DNA from: Mizuhopecten yessoensis
Taxonomy: Eukaryota
Reading direction: 5' to 3'
Assembly (NCBI RefSeq): GCF_002113885.1
Contig: NW_018408494.1
Span: forward strand, 319,316 to 383,315
Length of the DNA: 64,000 nt
Position numbers and translations under genes: made by a program. Positions 1 through 11,930 of the stretch are shown here, piece by piece. The stretch's first letter is position 1. Every line of letters begins with the position of its first letter. The notes beneath the pieces are model-generated. The model was not told where the DNA came from, ran no database searches, and saw only the letters and a program-made list of their open reading frames with translations.

Positions 1-402
1 TCTGGTTTAGAAATGTCTGTAGTAATGAAACAAGTACAATTAAGTGCTGTATATAAAGATCCAAATTTTAATGTAAACTATACAATTTATGTAGACCACC
101 ATTATCCGCTCTCTGAACATTAATTGACCAGTGTTGAATAATGTACTCCCCATTCCATTTCACAATTTCCGATCCCTCTTGAGTTTTCCTCTTTTTTAAA
201 ACACTGCAGGCATTAAATCTTAAAATTCATTGATAACTCCATTTCCAATACTATACCTACACTTATTTTCAAAAACATTTTAGCTAGCATGTTTTTAATT
301 TGGGATGCTTCTCTTTAAAGTCAATCTTAATAATAGCAAACGTCATCTCTCCAGGCAATTCATTACAAACAAACATATGCACAATTTTCTGGATAGTCCT
401 AC

Positions 403-1620
403 CACAAAGTTGGGTCCAGTGGACAGGCGTTGACAGTTTTGTATTTCCTGAAGACAGAGGGAAGTAGCCAGGTGATCGTCAGCAGCATCATCAGGAACTC
501 CCCAGCGCATGTCAACCACCTAGGTTAATAAACATCACCACAAATTTAAGCAGTAATTATCTAATAAAACAATAAAACATATAACTGTCGGATATTCTTC
601 TCTGTATAATAATCTCACCACTTAAGGTTCTGCAATAACACTTTTTCCTCTGTTCAGGAAAACATTTGTGGGAAATTATTGTTTACAAAGCTAATAGCCT
701 AGATTATCGATGGATTCACTTTACTAGATGTGACTGATTGCTGTTCTTAATTGCTGTGTAAGGTAAACAGACAATTCAATGTACCTGGTATTCAAGTCCA
801 TACTTCTTCCTGCAATAGGATGTCAGTTTTGGATGAACCTCTTCTATCAATAAATTTCTTTCCTCTCTTGTATCTAAATTAATAAAAAAAAAAGCGAAAC
901 ATTTTTTCAAAAACCATTAGGTACAAATTTCTTTTAAGATACCTATTTTTCTATGTAAGTTACAATTTAGAAGTTTCAACCATGAATGACATAACTTATG
1001 ATAACATATATAATGACAAATATACAACAATACTACAACAACATACAACAAATATACAACAAAACTACAACAATACTACAACAACATACAACAAATATAC
1101 AACAAAACTACAACAATACTACAACAACATACAACAAATATACAACAATACTACAACAACATACAACATAAATGAGATGACTGTACACAGAGATAACATG
1201 ACATGGACATAAACAATCGAACAGTAAAACTGGACAATAAGAAGTTTTCATTTGCATAAAGAAATGTTCCCCCAAAGTAATGTGTTCATCCCACAGTATA
1301 AACTGTTTGACTGTTTTAAGATTAAGGTACACATATACAAAAGTAGACAACAGAAGCTGAACTGAAAGAAAATAATGTCCTTCACTGCAATATGATGGAA
1401 TAATTTGGCAATAAATAATGTCTCATAGCAAAATACTAGTTAAAACAATAGAAATTCACAAAAAAAAACATTAGGCCTGCATCCATACACAAATACCAAG
1501 ATAACTGACAACTGTACCTGTGAATGTTGAACTGATGAAGATCCTCACAACCCTGGAGTTGCGATAAGGAAGATCTAACATCGACCCACGAAGGACAGCC
1601 TTCACTCTTCTGACATCCAT
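403..1620 (-). CDS. NACHT and WD-repeat domain protein (NWD1/NWD2-like), first three coding exons; gene runs off the left edge
   Basis: Phase-consistent GT-AG exons 1620-1518, 873-785 and 519-403 give MDVRRVKAVLRGSMLDLPYRNSRVVRIFISSTFTD-TREERNLLIEEVHPKLTSYCRKKYGLEYQ-VVDMRWGVPDDAADDHLATSLCLQEIQNCQRLSTGPNFV. VRIFISSTFTD, ERN, DMRWG and GPNF are the N-terminal DUF4062-type motifs of the NWD1/NWD2 family. Confidence 0.85.
1018..1170. repeat. Low-complexity CAA/TAC tandem repeat (intronic)
   Basis: Repeated ~11-bp units such as acaacaatact, acaacaacat and acaacaaatat. Explains the ORFs 982-1212 and 1108-1350. Confidence 0.8.
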
Positions 1621-2341
1621 CTTTATTTTTTGATGTTATTCCCTACGTTTGGTACAATCGATTTGGAACATCCATTTTATTTCTCGGATTCCTCACACAA
1701 GAACAAATCTGACATAGTTTTGTTTCTTTCTTCTTCACCATAGTCCCACCATCTTTCAAACAAAAATATGAATGGTTTAAAGGGAGATGTCAAAATGTTT
1801 GGGTTTAAGATTGTTTTGTTGAACTGAAACTGTATTGTGTGTAAGCTAGATTAATCATGTTCTTAGTTTCTTCTCAGTAAGCCTAAAGTATAGGCTTTAC
1901 CTGTATTGTTGTTCAAATGAGACTCTCATTTCAGGCCGTGTTTTAACGTGACTCCTAAGTACTTGCAGCCTTGTCAACATGTTGTAAAATATTATTGCGT
2001 GGATGTACATATAATGTAGATTTATTGTGACAGCTAGATGGAGAGGACAGTACATTGGTCTGTGAGAAAGATAGCTTATTTATGTAAATCATATTGAAAG
2101 GTAACTACATGATGTACATCCTTTTCGCAAGTTAAAGTTATGCACCGTAGTCAGTGATCTGGTCATCTGCAAATAGGCGAATATATGTTGATCCCGAAAA
2201 GGCGATAAAGACCGTCCTAAAGAAACATCGACCATCATATCACCACTAGCACTCTCTGAACATACGTTTGTATAAAAACCATAAATCAATTAGGAACAGC
2301 AACAGTACACAATACAGCATGTACTGTCATGCCAGTTACTT

Positions 2342-2443
2342 AGCCCGAGTTTCCTCTGGCCCTGACACTAGACTTAGCCAATTTGACAGATATGTGTCAT
2401 CTATCTGTCAAAATGTCTTAAGTCTGCAGAGGAAACTCGGGTT
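2342..2443. mobile_element. Short palindromic (hairpin) MITE-like element; related copy at ~4011-4159
   Basis: The ends cccgagtttcctctg and cagaggaaactcggg are inverted repeats, with an internal tgacagata/tatctgtca stem. The copy at 4011 shares agccc..tttcc.ctgg.cctgac..cagacttag and aagtctg..cagaggaaact. Confidence 0.6.
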
Positions 2444-3608
2444 AGACAGTTACTGTAACGTTACGTTTCTATTTACACAAGCAGGCCGGTAGCTGATATA
2501 TGATGTATCACCAAAGTTTTAACTAAAGTACCAATATAATATGTATTTTTATAAATGTTATGGAACATTTTATTACCATCATCCTCAATCTTTATTTTAA
2601 TAAAAGTCATTTTTATATATGTATTATACCCCAAATTGCTATAATTTGTTAGACAGATAATAGGTTGGTAGGGATTGTCCAACCACCTGTTGTCTGTTCT
2701 ACACACAAGTACCACAGTATAAATGTATATCTTATATTGTTACTTAATATCTACAAGAATGACATCATCTTGCTTTATGATATGTACAGTGATACATATA
2801 ACTGATATTTTAATATTACAAGTGGAAACAACATCATGCATAGCCCCACATATATATATTATCAGAAGGAAATCATATTTGCTAATGACAACTCCATCTT
2901 ATACCGTCAAATAAAATAACATCTCATTTTGATGAAATAATATATCATCATCATATTTGACCAATTACAACTTATTCTATTCATATATATATTATTACGA
3001 GAAATTATACCATCTTATATTCATATTATAAGGTCAAATCCTTAGGACCTTTTGTTATCTAAGTAATTAAGATCTATACTAGAGGACCCCATTGGAAATA
3101 AGCTGCCACCCAGCTTTCATGGGATATCCTAGGTTAAAGCTTAGTCAAACAGATACATTGTAATTATAGTGCTCCAAAATTTGTGATATTAACTTTGATG
3201 TGATAAGCTAAATACTGTGATAAATCTGTGATTATTATGCAATTGAAATCTGTGATCATATGTGATATTTGTACCTGTATCTTGCTTTTACCGAATAAAT
3301 ATTATTATTATTATTATTAGATAAATGTAACTCGAGTTCTCAGTGTGAACTTGTCCTCGCACATTTTAAAAGTGCTCTTCTAATATTGATCAAACAATAG
3401 GTTATTTTAAATTAATATTTTAAATATCATATATAAAAAAGGTGCTCACAATAACTGTTATATACCAAAAACTATCCAAAAACGTGCACCTCACCATGTT
3501 TCTTTACAACATTGCTAGGGTAAACATCATTGGATTTTCGTATCTTCCAAACTAAAGAGCTCTCTTTTAGTTACGAATTAACTCCCCTTTTCAGCGAAGA
3601 ATGGAGTG

Positions 3609-6600
3609 ATGGCGATCTTCAGTGTTTACATCATCAACAAAGCCGGTGGTTTGATATACCAATATGACCACTCCGGAGCCAGACCCGAGGTGGAGAAGAC
3701 ATTCAGTTACCCTATTGAACTGGTGCTCAAGATTCACGACGAGAAACTTGTAGTGGCATTTGGAGAAAGAGATGGAATTAAAGGTGGGCGTGCCGATTCG
3801 GTTTCAGCGGTTGAGTTTGGCATCACACATGGATCTGACAATTCATAAGTCATAACAAACAACAAACTATCAGTTTAACTTTTCTCAGAAAGAAACGTTA
3901 ATAGGCGTTTTAGAGTCCACATGTGCATTCATATATACATGTACAATTAGTATCGGGTGCCAGTGGTTGGTACAAACTTTCAAGTACCATAAACGTGTAC
4001 AAATAGTTATAGCCCAAATTTCCACTGGTCCTGACTCCAGACTTAGACATTTTGACAGGCATATGTCTTCACCAGACTAAGAAATGTTGACAGGTAGATG
4101 TATCCATACATCTATCTTTCAAGATGTCTAAGTCTGGTGTAAGGACCAGAGGAAACTTTAATTATTATGTAGTCTCATCTACTCATTTAATAAATGATTG
4201 TTGCAGATTGATATGTTTATAACCAGATGATATTTATTTCGCATTTGTTAGTGGAAAGAAAACAAAATTAATCAACAGCCAAATAAGGATTCAAACCCTG
4301 TGAATCTTTTACCAACTTAGCTTCCTGGTCACTGGCTATCACCCAGTCCTTATATGATACAAAAGGAAAATTCCCTCTAGCTCAAAGCTAGAAGGCGACC
4401 GTGATCCTATGTACAATTAAAATCTGCCACACCTGATTACCAGTACGTCCATACCAATCAACCATATTTTATTTAAGTATTTGTCACCAAACACTCCTAT
4501 TTACAACCTAGATTTGGACTCTCCAAATGAATTAACATTCTACTAGCTGAGCTACAATTCCAACTGCATAAAGACTGGATTATCAAAAATAGCTCTGGGG
4601 TACTAATTAGGATAGGACATCAAGTCTTGGGTACAAGTGCTGGGGTACCAATGCACAGGTTACAAAACTGGAGTACAAGACTGGGGTGTCAAGGCTGAGG
4701 TACCAAGTCTGGGGTACCAAGGCTAGGATATACCAAGGCTAGGATACAAAGACTGAGGTACCAAAGCTAGGGTGCCATGACTAGGGTACCAAGTCTGGGG
4801 TATAAAGGCTAGGGTATCAAGGCTAGGGTACCAAAGCTAGGGTGCCATGACTAGGGTACCAATGCTAGGGTACCAAGTCTGGGGTACCAAGTCGGGGTTA
4901 CCAACGCTAGTTAGGGTACCAAGTCTGGGGTATCAAGGCTAGGGTACCAACTCTGGGGTACCAAGGCTAGGGTACCAACTCTGGGGTACCAAAGCTAGAG
5001 TTCCATGACTTGGGTACCAAGGCTGGGTTATATTACAAAGGCTGGGTGGGGTATCGGTGCAGAGGCTGGAAAACCATTATCATGGTAGGCCAGAAAGCAA
5101 ACTGTGTATATATATATATGGATTCAAAAAGTTTTCCACTTAACAATCAAGCACCATGTCTTATAATAAAGACATCAGTCTTCAATGGTATGTGTTTTAT
5201 AAATTGCAATACTAGTGATAATGTATTTTTTCTTCCACTCCTAATTATTTCAAACTTCAAACAGTATTCGAGATATTTTTAATATGTTATCATATTGATG
5301 CTAATGTTTATTTTCAGTTGGACACACTTTACTGTCAGTAAATGGTGTCCCAGCAGAGGGGCGCTTTTTGAAGAGTGATGGTCGGGACATCATGGATATC
5401 ATTGCTGCAGAAGAAAATTACCCAATTAGTCTCAAGTTTGGACGTACAAAACTGACTACAAATGAGAGAATCATGTTAGCCAGTATGTTTCACTCGTAAG
5501 TAATCTATCAATATATCGCACTACTTAAAAATATGACAGGTTCTGCTCCGAAAGATTTCATCAATACGGAAAGTATATCAAAATTTTCAAGGTGTTAAGT
5601 TTGGTCCAGAGTGACTGAAATAATTGATGGGTAGTAAAACAATGCAAAAACAATTGTAGCCTGTTGTTTTATCTCTGTATACATGTATATAACCTCTTGT
5701 CATATACAATGTAAGTATTTGTACCCTGTTGTTATATGTATTTTTATGCCCCCGCCATAAAATAGGGGGACATTTAGTGTTGCCCATGTCCGTCCCGTCC
5801 CATCGCATCCCGTCACGTCCTGTCCCATCCATGAGCGGGGGCACGGGGGCATTTATGTCTTACAGACATTTTCTAGTTAATATTAAGATATACAGTGTAT
5901 CTATTGGTAATCTATTTTTACTAAAAGATAAATGGTGCTTCATCTCTATTGCTACACGGAGATCCATTCCCTGTATAAATGACAAGTACAGTAAGACTGT
6001 TGACGCATAAAGATAAACTCTCTTTATTTGTAGACTGTTTTCTATATAAACTCTGTGTCTTTGTAGACTGTTTTCTGTATAAACTCTCTGTATTTGGAGA
6101 CTGTTTTCTATATAATCTCTCTATATTTGTAGTCTGTTTTCTATATAAACTTTCTATATTTGTAGACTGCTTTCTATATAAACTCTCTGGATTTTTAGAC
6201 TCTTTGGTAAGCAAACTCTCTGTATTGGTAGACTCTTTGTTATATGAACTCTCTGTATTTGTAGCCTCTTTGTTATATAAACTCTTTATATTTGTAGACT
6301 GTTATTTTATATAAACTCTCTGTATCTGTAGACTCTTTGTTATACAAACTCTATGTATTTTTAGAGTCTTTGTTATATAAACTCTCTTTATTTGTAGATT
6401 GTTTTCTATATAAACTTTCTATATTTGTAGACTGATTTCTATATTAACTCTCTGTATTTGTAGATTGTTTTCTTTCTAACCTCTTTGTATTTATAGACTG
6501 TTTTCTATACAAACTCTCTATATTTGTAGGCTGTTTTCTATATAAACTTTCTATATTTGGAGACTCTTTGTTTTACAAACTCTCTGTATATGTAGACTCT

Positions 6601-9600
6601 TTGTTATACAAACACTCTGTATTTGTAGACTATTTTCTATATAAACTCTGTGTCTTTGTAGACTGTTTTCTGTATAAACTCTCTGTATTTGGAGACTGTT
6701 TTCTATATAGACTCTCTATATTTGTAGTCTGTTTTCTATATAAACGCTCTATATTTGTAGACTATTATTTTATATAAACTCTCTATAATTCTAGACTGTT
6801 TTCTATATTAGCTCTCTGTATTTGTAGACGGTTTTCTATATTAACTCTCTGTATTTGTAGCCTCTTTGTTATATAAACTCTCTGTATCTGTAGACTCTTT
6901 GTTATGCAAACTCTCTGCATTTGTAGAGTCTTTGTTATATAAACTCTCTGTTTTTGTAGACTCTTTGTTATGCAAACTCTCTGCATTTGTAGACTGTTTT
7001 CAATATAAACTCTCTGTATCTGTAGACTCTTTGTTATATAAACTCTCTATAATTCTAGACTGTTTTCTATATGAACTCTCTGTATTTGTAAACTCTTTGT
7101 TATATATACTCTCTGTATTTGTAGCCTCTTTGTTATATAAACTCTTTATATTTGTAGACTGTTATTTTATATAAACTCTCTGTTTTTGTAGACTTTTTTC
7201 TATATAAACTCTCTGGATTTGCAGACTGTTTTCTATATATACTCTCTGTATTTGTAGATTGTTTTCTTTCTAACCTCTTTGTATTTATAGACTGTTTTCT
7301 ATATGAACTCTCTGTATTTGTATACTCTTTGTTATATAAACTCTCTATATTTATAGACTGTTTTCTATGTAAACTCTCTATATTTGTAGGCTGTTTTCTA
7401 TATAAACGCTCTGTAGTTGTAGACTCTTTGTTATGCAAACTCTCTGCATTTGTAGACTGTTTTCCATATAAACTCTCTGTATTTGAAGACTCTTTGTTAT
7501 ACAAACACTCTGTATTTGTAGACTGATTGCTATAGGATCACAACTGTCCCCTGAACCAAGGAGCTCTGGTATAGAAGTACTTGAGACGGATACTTTCAAA
7601 CTCCACTGTTTCCAAACCATGACAGGTTGTAGACTGTTTTCTATTTAAACTCTCTATATTTGAAGACTGTTTTCTATATATACTCTCTGTATTTGTAGAG
7701 TCTTTGTTATATAAACTCTTTATATTTGTAGACTGTTATTTTATATAAACTCTCTATAATTCTAGACTGTTTTCTATATGAACTCTCTGTATTTGTATAC
7801 TCTTTGTTATATAAACTCTCTGTATCTGTAGACTCTTTGTTATGCAAACTCTCTGCATTTGTAGACTGTTTTCTGTATAAACTCTCTATATTCGTAGACT
7901 GTTTTCTATACAAACTCTCTGTATTTGTAAACTCTTTGTTATATATACTCTCTGTATTTGTAGGCTGTTTTCTATATAAACGCTCTATATTTGTAGACTT
8001 TTTTCTATATAAACTCTTTATATTTGTAGACTGTTATTTTATATAAACTCTCTGTATCTGTAGACTCTTTGTTATGCAAACTCTCTGCATTTGTAGACTG
8101 TTTTCTGTATAAACTCTCTATATTCGTAGACTGTTTTCTATATTAGCTCTCTGTATTTGTAGACGGTTTTCTATATTAACTCTCTGTATTTGTAGTCTTT
8201 ATGTTATATAAATTCTCTGTATTTGTAGACCGTTTTCTATATAAACTCGCTGTATTTGTAGACTCTTGGTTATACAAACTCTCTGTATTTGTAAACTCTT
8301 TGTTATATATACTCTCTGTATTTGTAGATTGTTTTCTATATAAACTGGCTGTATTTGTAGACTCTTGGTTATACAAACTCTCTGTATTTGTATACTCTTT
8401 GTTATATAAACTCTCTTTATTTGTAGACTGTATACTATATAAACTATCTGTATTTGTAGACTGATTGCTATAGGATCACAACTGTCCCCTGAACCAAGGA
8501 GCTCTGGTATAGAAGTACTTGAGACGGATACTTCTATATAAACTCTCTTTATTTGTAGATTGTTTTCTATATAAACTCTCTATATTTGTAGACTGTTATT
8601 TTATATAAACTCTCTATATTTATAGACTGTTTTCTATATAAACTCTCTGTATTTGTAGACTCTTTGTTATATAAACTCTCTGTATTTGTAGACTGTTTTC
8701 TATATTAACTCTCTGTATTTGTAGACTGTTTGCTATAGGATCACAACTGTCCCCTGAACCAAGGAGCTCTGGTATAGAAGTACTTGAGACGGATACTTTC
8801 AAACTCCACTGTTTCCAAACCATGACAGGTATGTATATGTTTTTGTATGATTAAACAGTATTCAATGCAAAAAGTGCCCGGGGTGCTTAGCAGTTTTGGG
8901 AAATTAAAATAATTGCAAAACCTTCCAAAATTCTCAGCAAAACAATCTGTCTCAGGTAAATTGGTAAGTTATGGTTAAGGAAGGGATTGTCTATAAGAAT
9001 GCGGGGTAGGGAGGGGCATTTGTGGTGGAAGGGTAGCAAAGTCCTAATCTTATAACTTATAATATAAGCTAAGATACTATTGCTCGACCGGCTTGGCCTT
9101 TGCAACGCATATTTAGTAGCAATCTGTAGCGACAAGTCACTCAGAACTACCAATATGTGCTTGCACGCGAACGCAGTGATGGAGTATACGTAACAGCATA
9201 AGGGCTGTAATACAATACACATACAACAACACTGCCGACGTCCGTTTGCAGCACGTGGTCATCTGTAGCCACTATTAGCGCACAGCCACACAATAGCCAG
9301 CATTTTTTGTAGTTAACGTGGGACTAAGTCCACAATGCTACAAAAAACCAATCTGCCCAAACCGATTAAGAATGGTATCACAAGAAATTCACAAATTAAT
9401 GATTTGTGTACATATAAGCTGAGTTCGCCCCATACGCCAATTACTTGTTGATTAATAAGCTGTGTGATTTAAATATATATTGATTATATGTTTGTATGAT
9501 GATGTAGCCTGTTGATATGTATATATATAATTAAATGTTGTACATAATTTATGTCTCAGTTATTTGTTTAATTTAAAGTATAATATATAATATTGTACAG

Positions 9601-10410
9601 TGAACGAAAGAAGTCAAAAATCCTGTTTAATCTTGATTTTTTTCTTCCAAATGTTTGATATAATGGAATCATAACTTATAGACGTATCCTTCTTACAGAT
9701 AGCATAAATCCTTAGAATAACCAGCAAAATAGTCACGTAAATAATATTCAAAATCATACTTTTTCTAGTTCTACATGAATGAGCTAAGATGTGGTTGGGT
9801 GTCCACCATCAGGTTTGACTACATGTATAGTACCCTAAGCAAATTAGCTCTCAGCAAAAAAAATACCCAAGTTTGTAGTTAAATTAAAATATGATATCAC
9901 TTGCAGGCATCAAGTTCATCATTTTGGCTGACCCGCGGCAGATGGCCGTGGACGTGTTACTTAAAAAGCTGTATGAAGTCTACTCCGATTTTGCTCTCAA
10001 GAACCCATTTTACTCCTTAGACATGCCAATAAGGTAACAATACATTCACAACTCTAACCTGGTTATGTATGTGTGTGTATTGTGTAAAACTTATTCCCAG
10101 TACATGTATCACAACATTGTCCTCAGAAAGGACAACCACTGTTTCCTACTTTTTTGGAAAAGTTTTAAAATCAAAAGCATTTCTATCATCTAAGAAAAAA
10201 AAAGATCTTCACAATTTTAAATTGACAACTGGAGATGAGAATCTGTGTGTGAATTTGTGAAAACCAGTGTCAGTTTAGGAAAGATCCATCATAACTGTCC
10301 TGAAATTTTTCTGTAAACTTGCACATTTTATTTTCAGATGTGACCTGTTTGACACCAATCTTCAACAGGCGATAGAGCAATCGGAGAGACTGGGTATCAG
10401 TAATATATGA
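3609..10410 (+). CDS. TRAPPC4: Trafficking protein particle complex subunit 4 (synbindin/Trs23), 218 aa
   Basis: Exons 3609-3783, 5318-5495, 8725-8828, 9907-10033 and 10338-10410 are all GT-AG and total 657 nt in frame. Protein reads [18 protein letters not shown]...EKTFSYP...[54 protein letters not shown]...[29 protein letters not shown], the characteristic TRAPPC4 sequence. Confidence 0.96.
4625..5030. repeat. ~15-16 bp minisatellite (gggtaccaaggcta / ggggtaccaagtct) in TRAPPC4 intron 1
   Basis: About 25 degenerate units centred on GGTACC. Confidence 0.85.
5741..5878 (-). mobile_element. Minimal HINE/DINE-like (non-autonomous Helentron-type) element
   Basis: T-run followed by atgccccc..ggggga hairpin, a (gtccc)n microsatellite, the inverted gggggcat subterminal repeat and a ttctagtt end. 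Same architecture as the larger elements at 24.3 kb, 31.8 kb and 39.0 kb. Confidence 0.5.
7522..7625 (+). other. Full-length duplicate of TRAPPC4 exon 3 (104 nt) embedded in the 33-bp array
   Basis: Identical to 8725-8828 except one T>A (Phe>Ile). Flanked by tttgtAG and GTtgta. Confidence 0.92.
8460..8533 (+). other. 3'-truncated duplicate of TRAPPC4 exon 3
   Basis: First ~74 nt of exon 3 with the same T>A variant as the 7522 copy, then returns to repeat units with no donor. Confidence 0.9.
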
Positions 10411-11726
10411 TCTGGGTTGATATACACTCATCTTCATCTGGACTCAAACACTTCAGAATCTACAGTAATACCTGCCAGAGGCTTACGAATCTACAGTAAT
10501 ACCTGACAGAGGCTTACTGAATGTTTCCGGATGTTCAGTTCTGTACATGTACTTACCTGAAATCCATGGGTTCAACTCTCTGTACATATATTTTCTCTGT
10601 GATCCTGGAATATGTCAGGACAAAATTGAAGGCAAACAAAGAGCTATTTGATTGGTTCCAGGTAAAAAACACCTGAAAAATCCCTAGTTAGCCTGATACC
10701 GTTCCTTTGAAGATTACAGAGGAGCTGCATCCAACTTCAAAGCCAGTTAACTTGATTGTTTGGCTGCTTCACAATTCCTTTTGATGTTTATCAAAGACAT
10801 CATCCACAAGGTGTCAATTTGGTTTGGTTTTGTTATATTTTGTTTAACATCCTATTAACAGCTAAGGTCATTTAAGGACGTGCCTCCATGTGTGTTGTGT
10901 ATGTGTGCAACAGTGTATGTGTGTATGTGTGCTGGAGACAGGTGTAATTGCCTCCTTGTGATAGCACGGATCTAAGGTGTCGAGTAAAACACCTTCAATA
11001 TTGTCATGACATATTGCAGGAGTCAGAGAATATATGAATATTGGGAGCGAAACCCTTGGATTTCAACGATGAGTAATGTTTGACCATGTCTATTGTCATC
11101 TTTTCTTTAGATGCTTCAGAATCTACAGTGTTACCTGAAACAATTGTATTCTGAATCTGTTTCAAATTCTACCACATCTTAAGATCTGATCATATGAAAG
11201 TACTATTTGGCTTAAAATACCAAGGAACAAAAGGATCCGAGTTCACCAGATAGGAAACTGCACCTGGGATAAAACCTCCAGCAAATTTGAGTGGAAATCT
11301 ATGTGTAAGTGTGTGTTTATTATTGTCATTCCAGTATATATTTGTATACTATATATAGATTACTTACCATGGTACATCTTACACATATTTATGTTTTGCA
11401 TTATGAATAACTAAATTGTGCTTACATGTAACAAGAATGTATGTGACATAAATATCATACAGGTAATGTACAGTATACATATGTTAACGATTGTAAAGTA
11501 AGAATGTAAGCACTGAGATGAAGGAAAATGATGATCAATGTAATATTTGTATGATGTGAGTTTTGTTTGGTGTGAAGTGCATATGAATTGTGTGAGGAGA
11601 GAGCGAAAGAGAGAGAGATACAAATCTTGATTGTTGACTGATAGAATTTATCATTCCTGTGTGACATAGATAGAGATATCTCAACAAATATTAAGGTTTC
11701 GTGGGATGCTTTGCCGAAACGGAATA

Positions 11727-11930
11727 CAGTATACCAGGAAATTTTGCCTCGGTTTAACTATGCCTTTTTGGTCATCTGCAATGAGGGTAAAAATAAAATG
11801 ACAGCAAATATAAGTACAAGTATCAGCATATAACGTTATACCATGTGAAGAGCGAAATTAGAATAAGGTGAACATAGATGTTATTGGTGGAAGGCAAAAA
11901 TTTGACTGGGTGAAATTTACTGGTATACAG
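11727..11930. mobile_element. Tc1/mariner-type MITE (TA-flanked)
   Basis: ta|cagtataccaggaaattt ... aaatttactggtatacag|ta imperfect terminal inverted repeats. Confidence 0.65.

Larger units (their letters stand above)
6013..8737 (+). repeat. 33-bp minisatellite built from the TRAPPC4 intron 2/exon 3 acceptor junction (~75 units)
   Basis: Unit aaactctctgtatttgtAG|actgttttctatat matches the true acceptor taactctctgtatttgtAG|ACTGTTTGCTATA at 8724/8725. Confidence 0.95.

Noticed and set aside
3490-3500. RPS25 exon 1 (ATG|gtgag), since RPS25 is head-to-head with TRAPPC4 in vertebrates
   Set aside because: No RPS25 coding exons were found on the minus strand. The neighbour here is NWD-like.
5921-8823. 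Cluster of short ORFs ([11 protein letters not shown] / [10 protein letters not shown] repeats)
   Set aside because: Translations of the 33-bp intronic repeat.
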